DNA of 64,000 nucleotides from Escherichia coli (GTDB lineage Bacteria; Pseudomonadota; Gammaproteobacteria; Enterobacterales; Enterobacteriaceae): NCBI RefSeq assembly GCF_003790525.1, contig NZ_CP033632.1; one strand, 5' to 3'. Shown piece by piece: positions 62,426 to 64,000 of this stretch (position 1 is its first letter; each line of letters starts with the position of its first letter). The notes under the pieces were generated by a model. It saw only the letters and a program-made list of their open reading frames with translations, ran no database searches and was not told where the DNA came from. The position numbers and the translations under genes were made by a program.

Positions 62426-62880
62426 GTGGACGAATATCCCATCATCGACCTGTCCCACCTGCTGCCGGCGGCCCAGGGCTTGGCCCGTCTTCCGGCGGAC
62501 GAGCGCATCCAGCGCCTTCGCGCCGACCGCTGGATCGGCTATCCGCGCGCAGTCGAGGCGCTGAACCGGCTGGAAGCCCTTTATGCGTGGCCAAACAAGC
62601 AACGCATGCCCAACCTGCTGCTGGTTGGCCCGACCAACAATGGCAAGTCGATGATCGTCGAGAAGTTCCGCCGCACCCACCCGGCCAGCTCCGACGCCGA
62701 CCAGGAGCACATCCCGGTGTTGGTCGTGCAGATGCCGTCCGAGCCGTCCGTGATCCGCTTCTACGTCGCGCTGCTCGCCGCGATGGGCGCGCCGCTGCGC
62801 CCACGCCCACGGTTGCCGGAAATGGAGCAACTGGCTCTGGCACTGCTGCGCAAGGTCGGCGTGCGCATGCTGGTGATTGT
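62426..62880 (+). pseudogene. tniB: tniB truncated after about 150 codons
   Basis: TniB N-terminus including the Walker A motif (GPTNNGKS) up to ...RMLVI, then an unrelated tail; right boundary approximate. Confidence 0.8.
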
Positions 62881-62983
62881 CGACAACCTCTCGCGCAACC
62901 AAGACATCGCGGTCGGACTGCAAGTGATCTTGAAGCCACGGGCCCGTCCCACCCCGACATGGACCTCGATGCCCGAACGGACG

Positions 62984-63397
62984 TTAGATTTCGAGTTCTA
63001 GGCGTTCTGCGATGAAGGTTGGATCCCAGCCGGGATTGAAAGTGTCGACGTGGGTGAATCCGAGCCGCTCGTATAGGCCACGCAGGTTCGGGTGGCAGTC
63101 GAGCCGCAGCTTGGCGCACCCCTGCGTTCGCGCGGCATGGCGGCAAGCCTCGATCAGCGCGGAGCTGACACCCCGGCCCGCATGTGTCCGTCGCACCGCG
63201 AGCTTGTGCAGATATGCGGCCTCCCCCTTGAGGGCGTCGGGCCAGAACTCGGGATCCTCGCCGACAAGGTGCAACAGCCGACGATGCCGTCGCTGCAACT
63301 CGCGACTAGGAGCTCGGATCTCAGGACGAAGGTCTCCGCGAATGTCCGGTCGATCCGCGCGACGTCCCAGGCGGGCGTTCCCTTGGCGGACATCCAC
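62984..63397 (-). CDS. orf5: orf5 of the class 1 integron 3'-conserved segment (GNAT-type acetyltransferase)
   Basis: C-terminus ...ALIEACRHAARTQGCAKLRLDCHPNLRGLYERLGFTHVDTFNPGWDPTFIAERLELEI. Confidence 0.75.
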   Translation of the reverse strand: MDVRQGNARLGRRADRPDIRGDLRPEIRAPSRELQRRHRRLLHLVGEDPEFWPDALKGEAAYLHKLAVRRTHAGRGVSSALIEACRHAARTQGCAKLRLDCHPNLRGLYERLGFTHVDTFNPGWDPTFIAERLELEI

Positions 63398-63609
63398 GCC
63401 GCAGCGTCGTGCATCAGCCGCACAACCTCGTCGATATCACCCGAGCAGGCGACCCGAACGTTCGGAGGCTCCTCGCGTCCATTCGCTCCCCTGGCGCGGT
63501 ATGAACCGCCGCCTCATAGTGCAGTTTGATCCTGACGAGCCCAGCATGTCTGCGCCCACCTTCGCGGAACCTGACCAGGGTCCGCTAGCGGGCGGCCGGA
63601 AGGTGAATG

Positions 63610-64000
63610 CTAGGCATGATCTAACCCTCGGTCTCTGGCGTCGCGACTGCGAAATTTCGCGAGGGTTTCCGAGAAGGTGATTGCGCTTCGCAGATCTCCA
63701 GGCGCGTGGGTGCGGACGTAGTCCAGCGCCATTGCCGATCGCGTGAAGTTCCGCCGCAAGGCTCGCTGGACCCAGATCCTTTACAGGAAGGCCAACGGTG
63801 GCGCCCAAGAAGGATTTCCGCGACACCGAGACCAATAGCGGAAGCCCCAACGCCGACTTCAGCTTTTGAAGGTTCGACAGCACGTGCAGCGATGTTTCCG
63901 GTGCGGGGCTCAAGAAAAATCCCATCCCCGGATCGAGGATGAGCCGGTCGGCAGCGACCCCGCTCCGTCGCAAGGCGGAAACCCGCGCCTCGAAGAACCG
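63610..64000 (-). pseudogene. sul1: sul1 3' portion (5' end beyond the window) with an apparent +1 frameshift at 63723..63724
   Basis: Frame from the window edge gives ...KSALGLPLLVSVSRKSFLGATVGLPVKDLGPASLAAELHAIGNGA; the expected tail DYVRTHAPGDLRSAITFSETLAKFRSRDARDRGLDHA-stop is in the next frame. Confidence 0.85.

Noticed and set aside
62117-63146. Large ORFs on the minus strand and alternative + frames overlapping tniA, tniB and orf5 (62117..62923, 62287..63015, 62442..63146)
   Set aside because: High-GC region; the translations are Arg/Pro/Ala-rich and overlap genes with strong homology support.

Overview
This window is a mosaic of a multidrug-resistance region joined to a P1-like phage-plasmid segment. 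All calls come from reading the sequence and the supplied ORF track against remembered protein families; no database search was run. (1) 1-27.9 kb: six complete IS26 copies in two allelic forms, plus a 142-bp IS26 stub, bracket resistance modules: an IS1 fragment; an orphan mphR(A) beside IS6100; an orphan iteron-type origin with a RelE/ParE-type toxin-antitoxin pair; an IS91-family element; a Tn5 remnant (IS50L lacking its outside end, aph(3')-IIa, truncated ble); oqxR-oqxAB; a truncated relaxase; ISEcp1 remnant-blaCTX-M-65-like-IS903-truncated iroN; and the fosA3 module. (2) 27.9-49.75 kb: P1-like genes, namely a 15-gene translationally coupled operon of unknown-function proteins, LexA box-humD, phd-doc, lpa, pacA with its pac site, pacB, c1-coi with C1 operators, and loxP-cre. 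The P1 layout is interrupted by non-P1 material: a divergent two-gene operon plus about 860 bp of non-coding DNA next to humD, and a Tn3-family relic carrying a three-gene regulator/hydrolase operon between cre and a Ref-like HNH gene. (3) 49.75-64 kb: a Tn1721-type tet(A) module, an IncP-1 oriV relic, a Tn21-subgroup mer operon with urf2, and the IRt-tniA-truncated tniB-orf5-sul1 end of a class 1 integron, with sul1 carrying an apparent +1 frameshift. No homology-supported novel system was identified; the best candidates for undescribed functions are the non-P1 insertions near humD and the nuclease-containing part of the coupled operon.
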